64,000 nucleotides of DNA, from positions 113,708,001 to 113,772,000 of the forward strand of contig NC_135655.1 of assembly GCF_964188315.1 (NCBI RefSeq). Direction: 5' to 3'. Positions 10,256 to 22,887 of this stretch are shown piece after piece. The first letter of the stretch is position 1. Each line of letters opens with the position of its first letter. A model generated the notes under the pieces. The model made no database searches. It saw only the letters and a program-made list of their open reading frames with translations, and was not told the origin of the DNA. This DNA is from Podarcis muralis (Eukaryota). A program made the position numbers and the translations under genes.

Positions 10256-11702
10256 AGTTTTTCTGTTTTCTGGAGCAGAAATGGCGTGATTCAGACAAAT
10301 CAATAATAACTTCATTTGTGCCTCAAAATTGTTCATTTGTTTTTTGTTGTTGGCAAGGTCTTGAATTCTACTTCACTCCATGTGTAAAGTTAAAAAAATA
10401 AATTGTTAGTGATAATTAAAGGTTGGCTTTCTATTAGTTAAAAAGCAGGTTTTCAGTCAACCTCCAATTATATTATTGTCTCTATCAGATGTGTGACAAT
10501 TTCATATTATTTAAACAAGAGAAACAATTGCTTATATAAATTGTGTGTAAAGGATAAAAGGGCTGTGTGATCCTGAGCAAATATAAGTGAGCAACAGATG
10601 TTCCCTATCGGATAATTGTTATTGTTCACAATATGCTACTTAAAAATTTATAGCAGTTGGGATTTTTTTACAGTGTTTTTAATGGTGAACGTAGGTGACT
10701 GATCAGCCTTGAAGTGAAAATGTGTTGTCAGTGTTCTTTCAGAACAACAAATGGGAGAAAAAGGGATATTTGAGCCTACTTACATTGCAGGAGAGAATAG
10801 CCACATTGAAACTGGAAATTCAGATTCTCAAAGAAGGAGGGTGCTTCTTTTGTAAAGACATTGCTTTAAATAAGTAAATGCTAGTCATTTACTTCAAAAA
10901 AATATGTCTTGGAACAGAGACATAATAAGGCAAAGTATTCATATTTAAGATTCAATTTTTCACAGAATATTGGGTGTATTTGTCGCTGTTCGCCCTCCCA
11001 CCCGTGGCAGCCATCTGCTTTCCTTCCTTGGAACCTGGACTCATTGAAATCAATGAAAGGCTATACTATTGATTCACTTTGAATTGGATTGTGTCCCTGG
11101 TGACATATGAGTGACTTGAAATTCCACTGATGTAAAGGCGTGTAGAAAACACTCAGTGCTTAGTCAAAGGAAGGTCCTGTACTGTGCCTATAACTGCAGA
11201 AAATCAATTATTTTGTGCCGCTATAGAGAACACTTGACTCTAGATCACCAAAGTGTTAATTTATAAAAAGACAGCAGAGCTCGGAACTTCCTGGAAGCAA
11301 CATATTTTGGCTCAGAACTAACCGTAGGCATACATAGCCCTGTAAAATAAGTTAGAACCCTACCTACCAATAATTTGGCAGAGAGAGGGGAAATCCAGCT
11401 CCCAGATAGTTGATGACATTACTGCATTTTATTTTACAGAGCTTCAGACACACAGTCTGAGCTGCTGGATCAGACTAGAAGACGGCACTTACAGCACATT
11501 TTGCCTATACCAATTTGGACATGTCTGTGCCTAGACTAGCGCCACTAGCTGAACTTGGGCACATGTCTTAGAATAGTCGCCCACTATTTGCAGGCATTTG
11601 GTGCATATTGGTAGTTACTAAGGGCCAAACTACACATTTAGCAGCAAAATGTGCAGCAAAATTCCCTCCTCACATAGTTTTTCTTCCTGGAGAAGTTCCT
11701 TA

Positions 11703-12300
11703 AGTAAACCCCTGACCATTAGGTCCAGTTGTGACCGACTCTGGGGTTGCGGCGCTCATCTCGCTTTATTGGCCGAGGGAGCTGGCGTAAAGCTTCCGAG
11801 TCATGTGGCCAGCATGACTAAGCCGCTTCTGGCGAACCAGAGCAGCGCACGGAAACGCCGTTTACCTTCCCGCCGGAGCGGTTCCTATTTACAGTGGTGC
11901 CTCGCAAGACAAAATTAATCCGTTCCGCGAGTCTCTTCGTCTTGCGGTTTTTTCGTCTTGCGAAGCACGGCTATTAGCAGCTTAGCGGCTATTAACGGCT
12001 TAGCGGCTATTAACAGCTTAGCGGCTTTAAGAAAAAGGAAACAAACCCGCAAGAACTCGCAAGACATTTCGTCTGGCGAAGCAAGCCCATAGGGAAATTT
12101 GTCTTGCGAAGCACCTCAAAAAACAAAAAACCCTTTCGTCTAGCGGGTTTTTCGTCTTGTGAGGTATTCGTCTTGTGGGGCACCACTGTATCTACTTGCA
12201 CTTTGACGTGCTTTCAAACTGCTAGGTTGGCAGGAGCAGGGAACAAGCAATGGGAGCTCACCCCGTCCCGGGGATTCAAACCGCTGACGTTCTGATCGAA
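11703..12300 (-). mobile_element. Sauria SINE interrupted by a family A MITE
   Basis: The SINE body reads contiguously as ...cctattTA | TAtctacttgcac... across the MITE. Head truncated near 12300. Confidence 0.9.
11892..12188. mobile_element. Tc1/mariner-type MITE, family A, nested in a Sauria SINE
   Basis: TIRs cagtggtgcctcgcaagac / gtcttgtggggcaccactg, TA TSD (11890-91, 12189-90), internal 3 x 18-bp tandem repeat at 11971-12024. Confidence 0.9.
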
Positions 12301-12449
12301 GTTCCTTTAGTGGGGTGTAATTGCTAGTGGAAAAGCAAAGAGGGAAGAAGTGCTTATTTGTGTGAGTGTGTGTGTGTGTGTTTGTGCACCTACATTTTCT
12401 TTCCAGATTGCATTGCCCTTATTTATTTATTTTGTTTAAAAAATATTTA

Positions 12450-12670
12450 CAGTGGTACCTCAGGTTAAGAACTTAATTCGTTCTGGAGGTCCGTTCTTAA
12501 CCTGAAACTGTTCTTAACCTGAGGTACCACTTTAGCTAATGGGACCTCCCACTCCCACCGCGCCGTTGCTGCATGATTTCTGTTCTCATCCTGAAGCAAA
12601 GTTCTTAACCGAAGGTACTATTTCTAGGTTAGCAGAGTCTGTGACCTGAAGCGTCTGTAACACGAGTTAC
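12450..12670. mobile_element. Tc1/mariner-type MITE, family B
   Basis: TA followed by cagtggtacctcaggttaagaacttaattcg. Right end degenerate. Confidence 0.75.
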
Positions 12671-13194
12671 ACACACAATGTCTATCATGGCTATGTGGTT
12701 AACAATACCATACAAAAGTATATTGGGATATAATATCCATTAACTAAATTACACCCACTTAATTTATTTTCCGCTAATGGGACCTTGCAACATTTGCCTT
12801 TGAACGTGTCTGGCATGAAGTCCTATTTCAACAGCTCCCAGCATTCTGTACCCAACCCCCCCCCCTCCTTCCCAGGGCTGGCTAATGGTAGTCTAGCTTC
12901 AACTGGGTTAGATTTGGCCCTGAGGTCTGCTAGTTGCTGATGCTTACTAAAAGCGACAGCAATTTATCTAGTTTCAGAGTGAAACTGTATTATATATAAT
13001 TAGTTTGGCTGCACATAGCCCAGGCAATGGATACGGCTCTGCTGCTTTTTATCACCATTCTGGCAGCTGTGCTCTGTGATAAGACTGGCCATTAAACATC
13101 AGTCACTTGAATAAACATCTCTTTTAAAGCCAGGTGAAAGACACATACGGTTGGACCTGATCGCTGCCTTTAATTTGCTGCTGCTGCTGTTATA

Positions 13195-13880
13195 ATTTTG
13201 TTATTTTATTAAATTTATAACCTGTCTTTCACTAGTAGGTTCCAGGACGGGTTATAGCAATTTCAAATTCGTAAATTAAGAACAATTGAAACCATTTACA
13301 GTCACAGGAGTGTGGTGAATCCCCAAAACACACAGAGATGAGTGTTCAGCATAATAGCAAAGATGCAAGACCACATATCTGTGGGAAAGAATGCCCTTTC
13401 TGAACTTCAGAGGGTGGCAGAACTACCAAGAGCCTCCCTCTCCCGATCTTAATACCTGAGGGAGTCTATAGACAAGGAGGCAGTCTTTCAGATTTTTAGG
13501 ACCTAGGTCATTTAAATGGTATTGTGAGCACCTTGAATTGGACCTGGAAACAAACTGGCAGCCAATGTAGCTGTTTTTGAACAAGAGTTTAGAATACCTT
13601 GGCAAAGCAAGGTTTTATGAGCAAACCCCAGCCTGTAATCTAGCTTCTGCATTTTGCTTCTCTGTTGTCTCCTCAAGGACAGCCCCGCATAAGAGTACAT
13701 TGCAAAGAGCAAATCTGGAAGTTACTGGAGCACGGAGTACCAGGGCCAAGTTGTCCTTGTCTCAAAGTGGCCGCAATGAGTGAACCAGGCAGAACTTGTA
13801 ATAGGCACTCCTTGCCACCAAGGCCACCTGGGCCTTAAGTGACAATGTTAGCTCAGTATAGTGGCAGTCCAAGATGGTGT
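13195..13880 (-). mobile_element. L2-type LINE 3' fragment
   Basis: Antisense L2 ORF2 3' motifs (agcaccttgaattggacctggaaacaaactggcagccaatg; aaggacagccccgcataagagtacattgc..aatctggaagttac = rc of the VTSRLDYCN-like region). Confidence 0.6.
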
Positions 13881-14520
13881 CAACAAGCTACAGGTGCAAG
13901 ATCCCATTCCTCACATAACAATCCCTCTGCAAGCAGAAAACTAGCATATCAGAGAGCCAAGCGACCTTTCTTAATAATGGGCTCGTTTTGGACCTGAACC
14001 AAAATGGCTGCCCCAGTTTTGCCACCGCTGCCTAAAGGTGACAAATTAGCCTTCAGTTTTGTGTTATTTCTGGAAGGATGTTGGGGGTCTTGGTGCTTTG
14101 TCCATTGGGAGTGCTTACCAGAGCGACACCGGCGGCTTTTACCCACTCTTCATTTGTAAACTTTGGTGGGCTGCTGCTGTTGTTTTTTATCTTGGACATT
14201 TAATTACATTTCAAAGTGACCTGCCCGATTCACAGTTGTCTCAATCTGGAATGGGATCTTGACAAAGGGTGAAGTCAATGGGTGTTTCAATCCACGGTGG
14301 ATTAAACTTTTAAAAAGATGTTGCCTGTGAGTTGAGTGGTTTCTGGAAGCTTCTGTTTCTCTTCCTGCACCCCTTTCTACCTTTAGAGCTAAATCAGTGG
14401 TGTTTTGGAGTTCATACAACTATGACTTTTAATTTTAAACGCAGGAAAGTGTGAGGGTGGGGAGAGGAAAGGAAGAGCCCGCCATCATTGCCGCTCACAC
14501 AGGTAGTGGCTTAAAATTAT

Positions 14521-14546
14521 TGATTGATTGATTGATTGATTGATTG
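14521..14546. repeat. (TGAT)n microsatellite
   Basis: Six perfect TGAT units. Confidence 0.9.
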
Positions 14547-15414
14547 CTGCTGCTCTGACATGTGCCTCCCACCCACACTTGACGAACCAGTTCTTCCCAC
14601 ACTCCAACCAAAATGGTGCAACTGTTCTGGGGCCTTTGAAACTGCACTCTGCTTGGGAATAAACCCCAAACTAGGCTAAACAAACCCAGTCATAGCTCAT
14701 TTTTTACTTGTATGGAATTTTTTTAAAAAAATAAGTGGGGGTAATGTTAAAATGGCAGCCCCTCCACCTCCAGCCCATAGTGGTACAGGTTACTTAATTG
14801 TTTTGGGAGTCTACTGTCTTATTCTGCTGCATGTGAACCAGGGCAAAGTTTTTGCCTAGGGCTGGAGTGAAGTTGACAGTGTGCTGTCAAATTCCCGCTC
14901 CTAATTTGCCCTTTTAATTGGGTGCTCCTTGATTATGAGACCAACGGCATTAAAGGAAGTCATGGACAGACGGGAAATGTATTTTATTGTACAGGGTAAT
15001 GATTCGTTATTAGCAGGCTAAGTACTGGGCTTCTTCCAGTATGAAAGAGCTGTTAAAAGCAGGTCCTGGGAGGCAAGGGCAGCGTACGAGAAAGATGTTG
15101 AAGATGTGTTTTATCCAGCAGCTCTTAATAAGCAGATAACAGCTGACAGCGCTGGATCAATTCCAGCACTGTCCAGTTGCTCTCCAAGCACAGAGTGGCA
15201 GGTATTTTGGAGACCAGACATCACAGACACATTGGCGAATGTGAAAAACAAACGAGAAGTATTGATTTAAAAACTATTTAAACACAGGGTTCATTGCAGT
15301 AGATATATTTATAGAGAAAGAAACGTGGTGGTGGTGATATATGTCTGCTCAGAAGTATGTCTCATGGTGTAACTCCCATGTAAGTGTATATTGGACTGCA
15401 AATTTAATCATATA

Positions 15415-15596
15415 TAGGCAACCCCCCGTTTATGCTCGTTCGATATGTGCACGACTGTGGCTATGTGCATTGCACCAATCTGGAAGTGACCCAGAAAGGT
15501 CATAATAACGTCTTGCAGGCTTTTTCAATGGGTTTCAATTATACGCAATTTCACCGATGCGCTTGGTACCTCAGAAGGTAAACGGGGGGATGCCTG
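15415..15596. mobile_element. Tigger/pogo-like MITE
   Basis: TIRs taggcaaccccccgttta / taaacggggggatgcctg with flanking TA. Confidence 0.7.
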
Positions 15597-15726
15597 TAAT
15601 ACAAATTTTCATTCCTCAATACAAATTGCATTATTATTTTGTGTAATTTATATATTCTTGTGTGAATTCTCCATGTATGCATGCATTCAAAGCTGATGGT
15701 TTCTTTTCTGTTTCCCCCCCTCATTA

Positions 15727-15957
15727 CAGTGGTACGTCGGGTTACAAACACTTAGGGTTACAAACACTTTGGGTTACAAACTCCGCTAACCCGGAAGTAG
15801 TACCTCAGGTTAAGAACTTTGACCCAGGATAATAACAGAAATCACGTGCCGGCAGCAGGAGGCCCCATTAGCTAAAGTGGTACCTCAGGTTAAGAACGGT
15901 TTCAGGTTAAGAACGGACCTCTGGAAGGAATTAAGTTTGTAACCCGAGGTACCACTG
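15727..15957. mobile_element. Tc1/mariner-type MITE, family B
   Basis: TIRs cagtggtacgtcgggttacaaac / gtttgtaacccgaggtaccactg, TA TSDs, local triplication of gggttacaaac. Confidence 0.85.
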
Positions 15958-16083
15958 TATAAGTAAACAAGGGTTTCATTTGTTTCTCTTTCAGGTCATG
16001 TGACTTCTAATTTACTGCCCTAAACAAATTTGCCTACCCCATCTCATGACTTAATTTAACAGTTGAGATTGGTACAAAGTTTA

Positions 16084-16520
16084 TGTGGCAAAGAGCAGTC
16101 TAGAACCAGGGGCATAAGAGGAGGCTGGAGAGGAGGGAGACCAAGAGGCAGAGATGAATCAAGCTGGAGAAGAAGCCAGGCTGTCTTCCTCTCCTGCTGC
16201 GACCAGCTCCCCTCACGACTAGACTCCCAGAACCCAAAGAGGTATGAAGAGGGAGGAGCAAAGACAGGCAAGACAACGGAGCCTCAGATTGCTTGGGAAG
16301 GACCTGGGGGGGGGGGGGAGAGACTTAGGTAGCTGTTGGAAGGCAGGGACCTTCAGCCCCTCCCAACTGCCTCATAGGGGCAAGATCTACTGGGAAGAGT
16401 TGCTGTGCTCTCTTGGCCTGGCCTCTGAAGCTGTCTTGTTTCTTTGAATAAAGCGTTAACTTCACTGACACCATGTGTGTTAATTGCTGACTTGCTCCTG
16501 GCCCTTTAAAAACCAACCAA
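16084..16520 (+). mobile_element. LTR-like segment (possible solo LTR)
   Basis: Starts TG, purine-rich U3-like body, AATAAA at 16447-16452 followed by a GT-rich tract. No matching TSD or clear CA end found. Confidence 0.3.
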
Positions 16521-16701
16521 CCTGAAATTAATGGCTCATTCCCTCCCTCCCCTTGTAGCCTCTGGCCCTTGCCCTCATATATACAATTCCAGGAGTGCCG
16601 TACAAGTATTAGAGTAATTGATGCTCACCTTAAAGGGAAAGAATACCAACACACGGTGGAAGCCATAATGTCTCTAGTTCCTTGCCTCCTATATTTAGAA
16701 G

Positions 16702-17078
16702 GTAAAGGTAAAGGGACCCCTGACAATTAAGTTTAGTTGCGAACGACTCTGGGGTTGCGGTGCTCATCTCGTTTTACAGGCCAAGGTAGCCGGCATTTGT
16801 CCGCTTCTGCAGACAGTTTTTCCGGGTCATGTGGCCAGCATGACTAATCCGCTTCTGGCAAAACCAGAGCAGCGCATGGAAACGCCGTTTACCTTCCCGC
16901 CGGAGCGGTACCTGTTTATCTACTTGCACTTTTGACGTGCTTTCGTACTGCTAGGTTGGCAGGAGCAGGGACCAAACAACGGGAGCTCACCCCATTGCGG
17001 GGATTCGAACTGATGACCTTTCGATTGGCAAGCCCAAGTGGCACAGTGGTTTAACCCACAGGGCCACCCGCATCCCAC
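16702..17078 (-). mobile_element. Full-length Sauria SINE
   Basis: Tail ggtaaaggtaaagg and tRNA-like head with box B (rc of ggattcgaac). 14-bp TSD cctatatttagaag (16688-16701, 17079-17092). Confidence 0.92.
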
Positions 17079-17139
17079 CCTATATTTAGAAGCTACTGTA
17101 CTACAATTTCCTCCTAAACCTAGGAATATAAGAAGATGC

Positions 17140-17300
17140 TTAATACAGAGTCAGACCGAACTCAGTACTGTCTGCCCAGACTGGCAGTGGTTCTCCAAGA
17201 TTTCAGACCAGAGTCTCTCCCAGGCCTGCGTTGGGGATGCTGAATGTAGAACATAAGACATTCTGCATGCAAAGCAGATGCTTTGCCACTGAATTTCAGC
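17140..17300 (-). mobile_element. Old tRNA-derived SINE
   Basis: Shares gagtcagacc...gactggcag...ctccaag...ttctgcatgcaaa...ccactga with the copy at about 54360-54520. Confidence 0.45.
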
Positions 17301-18854
17301 CTTTTGTCTTTTGTTGCACTCTCGGCTAGAATGCACCTTAACTAGAAGGAGGGAGGGAACAGCAGCTTGTAGCCAGGTTTTAAATTGGCAGATGTTAGCA
17401 TTTGGCACCTGAACTTCATGTATTGGGAAATCAATGTCCAGTTCTATGCACACTTACTAGGGAGTAAATCCCTTTGAAGTAAGTGGGACTTAGCTTTGCA
17501 GTCAGAATATTTAAAATGCAAGTTTTCATTAAATATGAAATAAATTTCATATGCTTCAGCTATCCCAGTTTACCAATACAATCTGAAATTCTGGAGGAAA
17601 GCACTGCCGTTGCATGTTGTCAACCAGGAGTCTCTTTAACCCATACCTAGAGATGCTGTGGATTGAACCCAATACCTTTTGAATTGAAGGTATGAGCTAC
17701 TGCCTTATTGCCTGGTCACACCATTGCTAAAAATACATAGCATATCTGCAAATGGAAGATGATAGTGTGAGTTTCTAGATTCACTGTTATTCTTCAAGAT
17801 TTTGTTTTCTAACCATGGCATCAAGAATGTTACATCTCCCAAGTGGAGGATGCCTTTTAATGCTTGTGTATGAACCCTAAAGCCCATTCAGTTCACAGAC
17901 CGGCATTTCATAGGCTGGCAAGACTCATTTTGAACTGCTGGTAATATATTCTAGGTCAGTCAAGTCGTTAGTCAAAAGAACAAGCACTCCTGTGGCTTTT
18001 TAAAACAAATTGCAAAGCAAGCAAACACAACAAGCGAAGTACTGTAGAGCCTTCCACTATATATGCTGCAATGTGTGTGGGGAGGAGTTGTTGTTGAAAG
18101 GCGAGTGGTCAGTGGCCTGGCCCTACTTCTGTCTGTAAAATATGGGTGTGTATGAAATCAATACCCTTCAACAGAGAAGGTGAGAGCATGTTGTCAGCCC
18201 CTGTGGCATTATAACTTCTGTTCGTCCGCCATTTTAGGGTGCTTTCCAATGGGCAGCTCGTGCAACCAACCCAAATTATTACCCTTCTACTTTAGGCTTC
18301 AAGTGGAATTGCAAATTGGCTTTCTACGCTACCAGGGGACTTGACCTTTTTGTATGGCTGTGTACAGGTTACTATTTTCTCTGGCTCCAGTACACTTCCA
18401 TTACTGGTGTTTGAAACCATCTACCCATGGCATTAGCCACAACCTATATCTATCCTGTAGTTCCCCAAGAAATGCTGCTGTCTGTTCTGCCCAAACCAGC
18501 TTGCATCTGGTTTGAAAGTGTAAGGCACATTCATCTATAGTTGAGCTGAGAGGTGTACATATGAGATAGCTGTTGCACATGCCCAGATAACTTCATGAAC
18601 ATGTGCTAGCGGGGTTGCAGGTGTGGTGAAACCAAACAGATAATGTACACTGGGTCAAAACATCCCTGTCCCTTCCCTGGTGTGTACAGCAACGTGCAAA
18701 TGTGAGTTGAAACATAGCAGAGAAAAGCGATCTTGCTGTGCTTTAAGCTGCTAATGTTTGTTCTAAGCCTATGTTTTTCCACACTATCGGGTGTGACTTA
18801 GCCATGTGATTAGGGAAAGGACAATTTGCCTGACTAGCTTTTTTTATTATTATA

Positions 18855-19080
18855 TAGTGGTACCTCAGGTTACATACGCTTCAGGTTACAGACTCCGCTA
18901 ACCCAGAAATAGTGCTTCAGGTTAAGAGCTTTGCTTCAGGATGAGAACAGAAATTGTGCTCCGGTGGCGCGGCGGCATCAGGAGGCCACATTAGCTAAAG
19001 TGGTGCTTCAGGTTAAGAACAGATGCAGGTTAACAACGGACCTCCGGAACGAATTAAGTACTTAACCCGAGGTACCACTG
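18855..19080. mobile_element. Tc1/mariner-type MITE, family B
   Basis: TIRs tagtggtacctcaggtta / taacccgaggtaccactg. Confidence 0.82.
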
Positions 19081-19886
19081 TGTTAAGAAACCTGGACCAT
19101 TTATAAAAAAAGATCAGTTATTTAAGTTTTTCTAAAATCTTTATTTAAGCACTATTTCCAAATTGATTTCAAAATTTATAAAGGTGTTTTTAAAAGTTAA
19201 AATTGTATTAGAGCAAATTGGAAGATGCTAAAATAGCAATTGGAAGGACAGTAGGGAAATAGTGCTATAGCACTCTTTCACTATATTTTAATTTAAACTG
19301 TAGCAAAAAAAAAAAAAAAGGATTTCAGTGATTTTTTTTTGTTTTGTTTTTTAAAGAAATCCACAATGTTAAAAAACGCAATGGTGCTCACAGAAAAAGT
19401 AATAGTGAAAGGGTGGGGATAGTTTTACCTGCTAGTATCTCACTGCACATGTTATACTGCAATTTAAAGAAGACAACAATTTACGTTGCAGTAATGTATA
19501 TTGGTATATGCACCTTTATATTGATTAATGCATTTTTCTCATTTTGCAGACTTTGTTTCCACTCCACCCTCAATAATTTAAAAATCTATATAGACACCCA
19601 GCTCTGCAGTCTGAAAGTATTATTCCATTCACATGGCACAGGCTGACTGTGCACTACCCCCTTTCTTGTTGCCTGTCTTTATTAAGGTCTTTGCTTTGAT
19701 GTATAGACTGCTTAGGTCCCTATTTCTTCCTTCAGTGGTACAATATTAAACAGCAGCAGGATTTCACTTATCTGTGTTTGTGGAGTTAGCTTTATACACT
19801 GCTAGTTTAACTTCTCATCCCCATCACTAGACCCAGAAGAATCACCTTCTGGTTCTGAAGATGGGAGCTAGGGGTAACGGTCTCTG

Positions 19887-20166
19887 CAGGGCCTGCCCAC
19901 CCATGAGGCAAGGTGAGGTGAGTGCCTCAGACGGCAGGATCCATAGGGACAGCAGTTGTGGCCTCCAATGATTGCATCACCTGCTGTGGCCTCCTCAACA
20001 GCCCTCTCCTAATGCCACCTCTGCAATGGCCTTTCGTCAGGTAACAAGGACTCCTGGTCTCCTTCCACTCTTGTTCCCGATATAGATCTTTACTCCCCTC
20101 CTCTTCCCTGGACGGATGCCATTTTATGGTTTGCCTCAGGTGCCAAAAAGTTTTGGGCCGGCCCTG
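19887..20166. mobile_element. Old hAT-type non-autonomous element
   Basis: Termini cagggcctgccc / gggccggccctg with sub-terminal tgaggca / tgcctca. Degenerate 8-bp flanks ggtctctg / ggtccttt. Confidence 0.55.
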
Positions 20167-20845
20167 GGTCCCTTTTTCTGGAAACTTGACTAGACCAACC
20201 CACCACTCCCATTGTTTAATATTGGATGAGGAGTCCATTTTTGTATCTGGTGTCGGTGCAGCAGTTTCTCACTCCGTGAGGAACGCCAAAATTTTCACAT
20301 TTCCTTAATGGATGCCTTGGGTTGTTTCCCAGCATATGTCACTGGTTTCCATACGGAGATAGATAGAAAATAGTAAACGGTGGTAAATACAGTGGATTCA
20401 GCAAAGGATTGAGTTGAGAGGAGAAATAATGTAGGGAAGCATTTATGTGTGTTATATGCCAAGATATGGTTTGGATGAAAATATTGTGTAAGTAACTCTG
20501 AGTATATAAATGTAACAACAACAACCCCCCCAAATAAATACATTTTTGTTACATTTTCTTTTCTTTATAGCAATAGCACAAAAAGAAAAACGAACAGTGA
20601 AACATAACCATACAAAAGAACAGAGGATTGCCTTATACTTAAAACATTAAAAAGCATCATATATAAAGCATATTAATATATGTATCCCTGGAAAACCACA
20701 TTTTGAGTCCAATACCCAGAAGCCAAATAGGAGATGTTTGGCTATTGCTCATTGTTGAAATATATCACACCATATATGCCCACATGATTGATGAGGAAGT
20801 TAACCAGAACCACTTGCAGTTGTTCCAGGGGCAGTGTTATTTCTA

Positions 20846-21084
20846 CAGTCAAACCTCGGTCCCGAACGCCTCTGTTACCATACATTTCAGCTCCCGAACG
20901 CCAAAAACCAAGAAGTAAGTGTTCTGGTTTTTGAACGTTTTTCAGAAGCCGAATGTCCAACGCAGTTCTGCTTGAGTGCAGGAAGCTCCTGCAGCCAACC
21001 GGAAGCCATGCCTCGGTTGTCGAACATTTCGGAAGCCAAACAGGTTTCCGGAACGGATTAAGTTTGACAACCGAGGTTTGACTG
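20846..21084. mobile_element. Tc1/mariner-type MITE, family C
   Basis: Perfect 15-bp TIR cagtcaaacctcggt / accgaggtttgactg, TA TSDs. Confidence 0.88.
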
Positions 21085-21909
21085 TACTTGCTTTAACTGA
21101 ACCTGTGAGCTTCTCAGCTAGAGCTATTCCCCATACCCTCTGATAATAAAGATCTCTGAAGTTATACAAGCCAAAAAGTGCTTTGAACTGAATCTGTAAT
21201 TGACACTCTCAAAGCTATATGAGTGAAAAGCTGTTCCATCATTGAAACTGACTATAGTTTTGTGCTTTATGCTGAAAGACATAGAATGTAAACACAATGA
21301 TGTAGATAAAGTGCACAGCATTCCACACAGAAATCATGTTTCTTCAGATGATAGTGGTTCAGAGATAAGGTGCAAGCCTCAGGGGTAATCTCCTCCAATT
21401 CCTTAACCTCCCAGCTCTCACATATTCCCTCCAATCCCTCTGTTGCTTGCTGTAATCAAAGTTTTCTGGGATGCCCAAATTGGTTGATGGGTAGCTCTAA
21501 CCATCATTGCCCCAAACCATGCTTGTTTCAGTTATTACCAAACCCCATACTGGTTTCAAATTATAACCTGGAGGCAATTCAGAGCAAGTTAGGAGAAAAG
21601 CACAGATTAGAGAGCTCACGTTATTAGTTCCTGAAGAAACACCAAAGTTTTCTGTAGAAGTTCATGTGGGTCAACGGCTCCATCATCATCCAAGGGTGAA
21701 CTTAAGAGCTATGTACTTTGAAAGGAAGGCAGAAGAGTAGCCAGGCTGTGGTGCTCAGGTTAGCAACTCTTGAAGAGACCCCCAGAGGTCTAAATTTGTT
21801 GCTTTGTTGTTTTGCCCTTTGCAACCCTCCTTTTGTAGGTTTTGTAGTTTAAACCACTTTCAGGTGGTATATACGTAAATGTACTATACAGTATATATAG
21901 GAGTCTGGT

Positions 21910-22289
21910 TAGTGATGTATGGAAGTGAGAGCTGGACCATAAAGAAGGCTGATCGCCGAAGAATTGATGCTTTTGAATTATGGTGCTGGAGGAGACTCTT
22001 GAGAGTCCCATGGACTGCAAGAAGATCAAACCTATCCATTCTTAAGGAAAACTTTGGCCACCTCATGAGAAGAGAAGACTGCCTGGAAAAGACCCTGATA
22101 TTGGGAAAGATGGAGGGCACAAGAAGAAGGGGATGACAGAGGACGAGATGGTTGGACAGTGTTCTTGAAGCTACCAGCATGAGTTTGACCAAACTGCGGG
22201 AGGCAGTGGAAGACAGGAGTGCCTGGCGTGCTCTGGTCCATGGGGTCACGAAGAGTCAGACATGACTAAACGACTAAACAACAACAACA
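21910..22289 (+). mobile_element. BovB (RTE) LINE, 5'-truncated 3' end
   Basis: Encodes MYGSESWTIKKADRRRIDAFELWCWRRLLRVPWTARRSN (BovB ORF C-terminus), (CAA)n tail, 11-bp TSD aggagtctggt (21899-21909, 22290-22300), internal deletion after cttaaggaaa. Confidence 0.92.
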
Positions 22290-22290
22290 A

Positions 22291-22505
22291 GGAGTCTGGT
22301 GTGATGTAATGGTTAGAAGATCGGACTAGGACCTGGAAGACCAGGATTCAAATCTTCACTTGGCCGTGAAGCTCACTGGGTGACCTTTAGCTAGTCACCA
22401 TCCCTCAGCTTAACCTACCTACCCAGGATTCTTGTGAGGGTGATAGGAAATGGAGCTCCTTGGAGAAAAGGTGGGATGTAAATGCAAAACTAAATGAATA
22501 AACAA
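22291..22505 (+). mobile_element. tRNA-derived SINE (MIR/Squam-like)
   Basis: Box A-like tggtgtgatgtaatggttag, box B-like ggattcaaatc, body cagcttaacctacc..ggattcttgtgagg, A-rich tail. Confidence 0.6.
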
Positions 22506-22751
22506 ATATATCTTGGTTAGTACCCTGATTCAGATGTCGCAGTAAACCAAAGAAAGAGAAAAATGTAATCTTCACAGGTAAGCGAAGGAGTGAAAAACAA
22601 ACCCGTGGCACATTCCTAGTCTCAGAGCTAAGTCAGTATATGTTGGTTGTGCAACATTTCAAAAATGCTCACCGTTCCTTAGTCTAACCTACTTCACAGG
22701 GTTGTTGAGAGAATAAAAAGGGAGGGCATACACACCACCCCAAACTCTTTG

Positions 22752-22887
22752 CAGGCATGGCCAAACTTGGCCCTCCAGATGTTTTGGGGCTACAATTCCC
22801 ATCATCCCTGACCACTGGTCCTGTTAGCTAGGGATGATGGGAGTTGTAGGCCAAAAACATCTGGAGGGCCAAGTTTGGCCATGCCTG
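22752..22887. mobile_element. hAT-type palindromic MITE
   Basis: Near-perfect fold-back caggcatggccaaacttggccctccagatgttt / aaacatctggagggccaagtttggccatgcctg, inserted in the tail of an old SINE. Confidence 0.85.

Noticed and set aside
21879-22136. 85-aa ORF, and likewise the 98-aa ORF at 29728-30024
   Set aside because: Remnants of BovB and L2 ORF2, not host genes.
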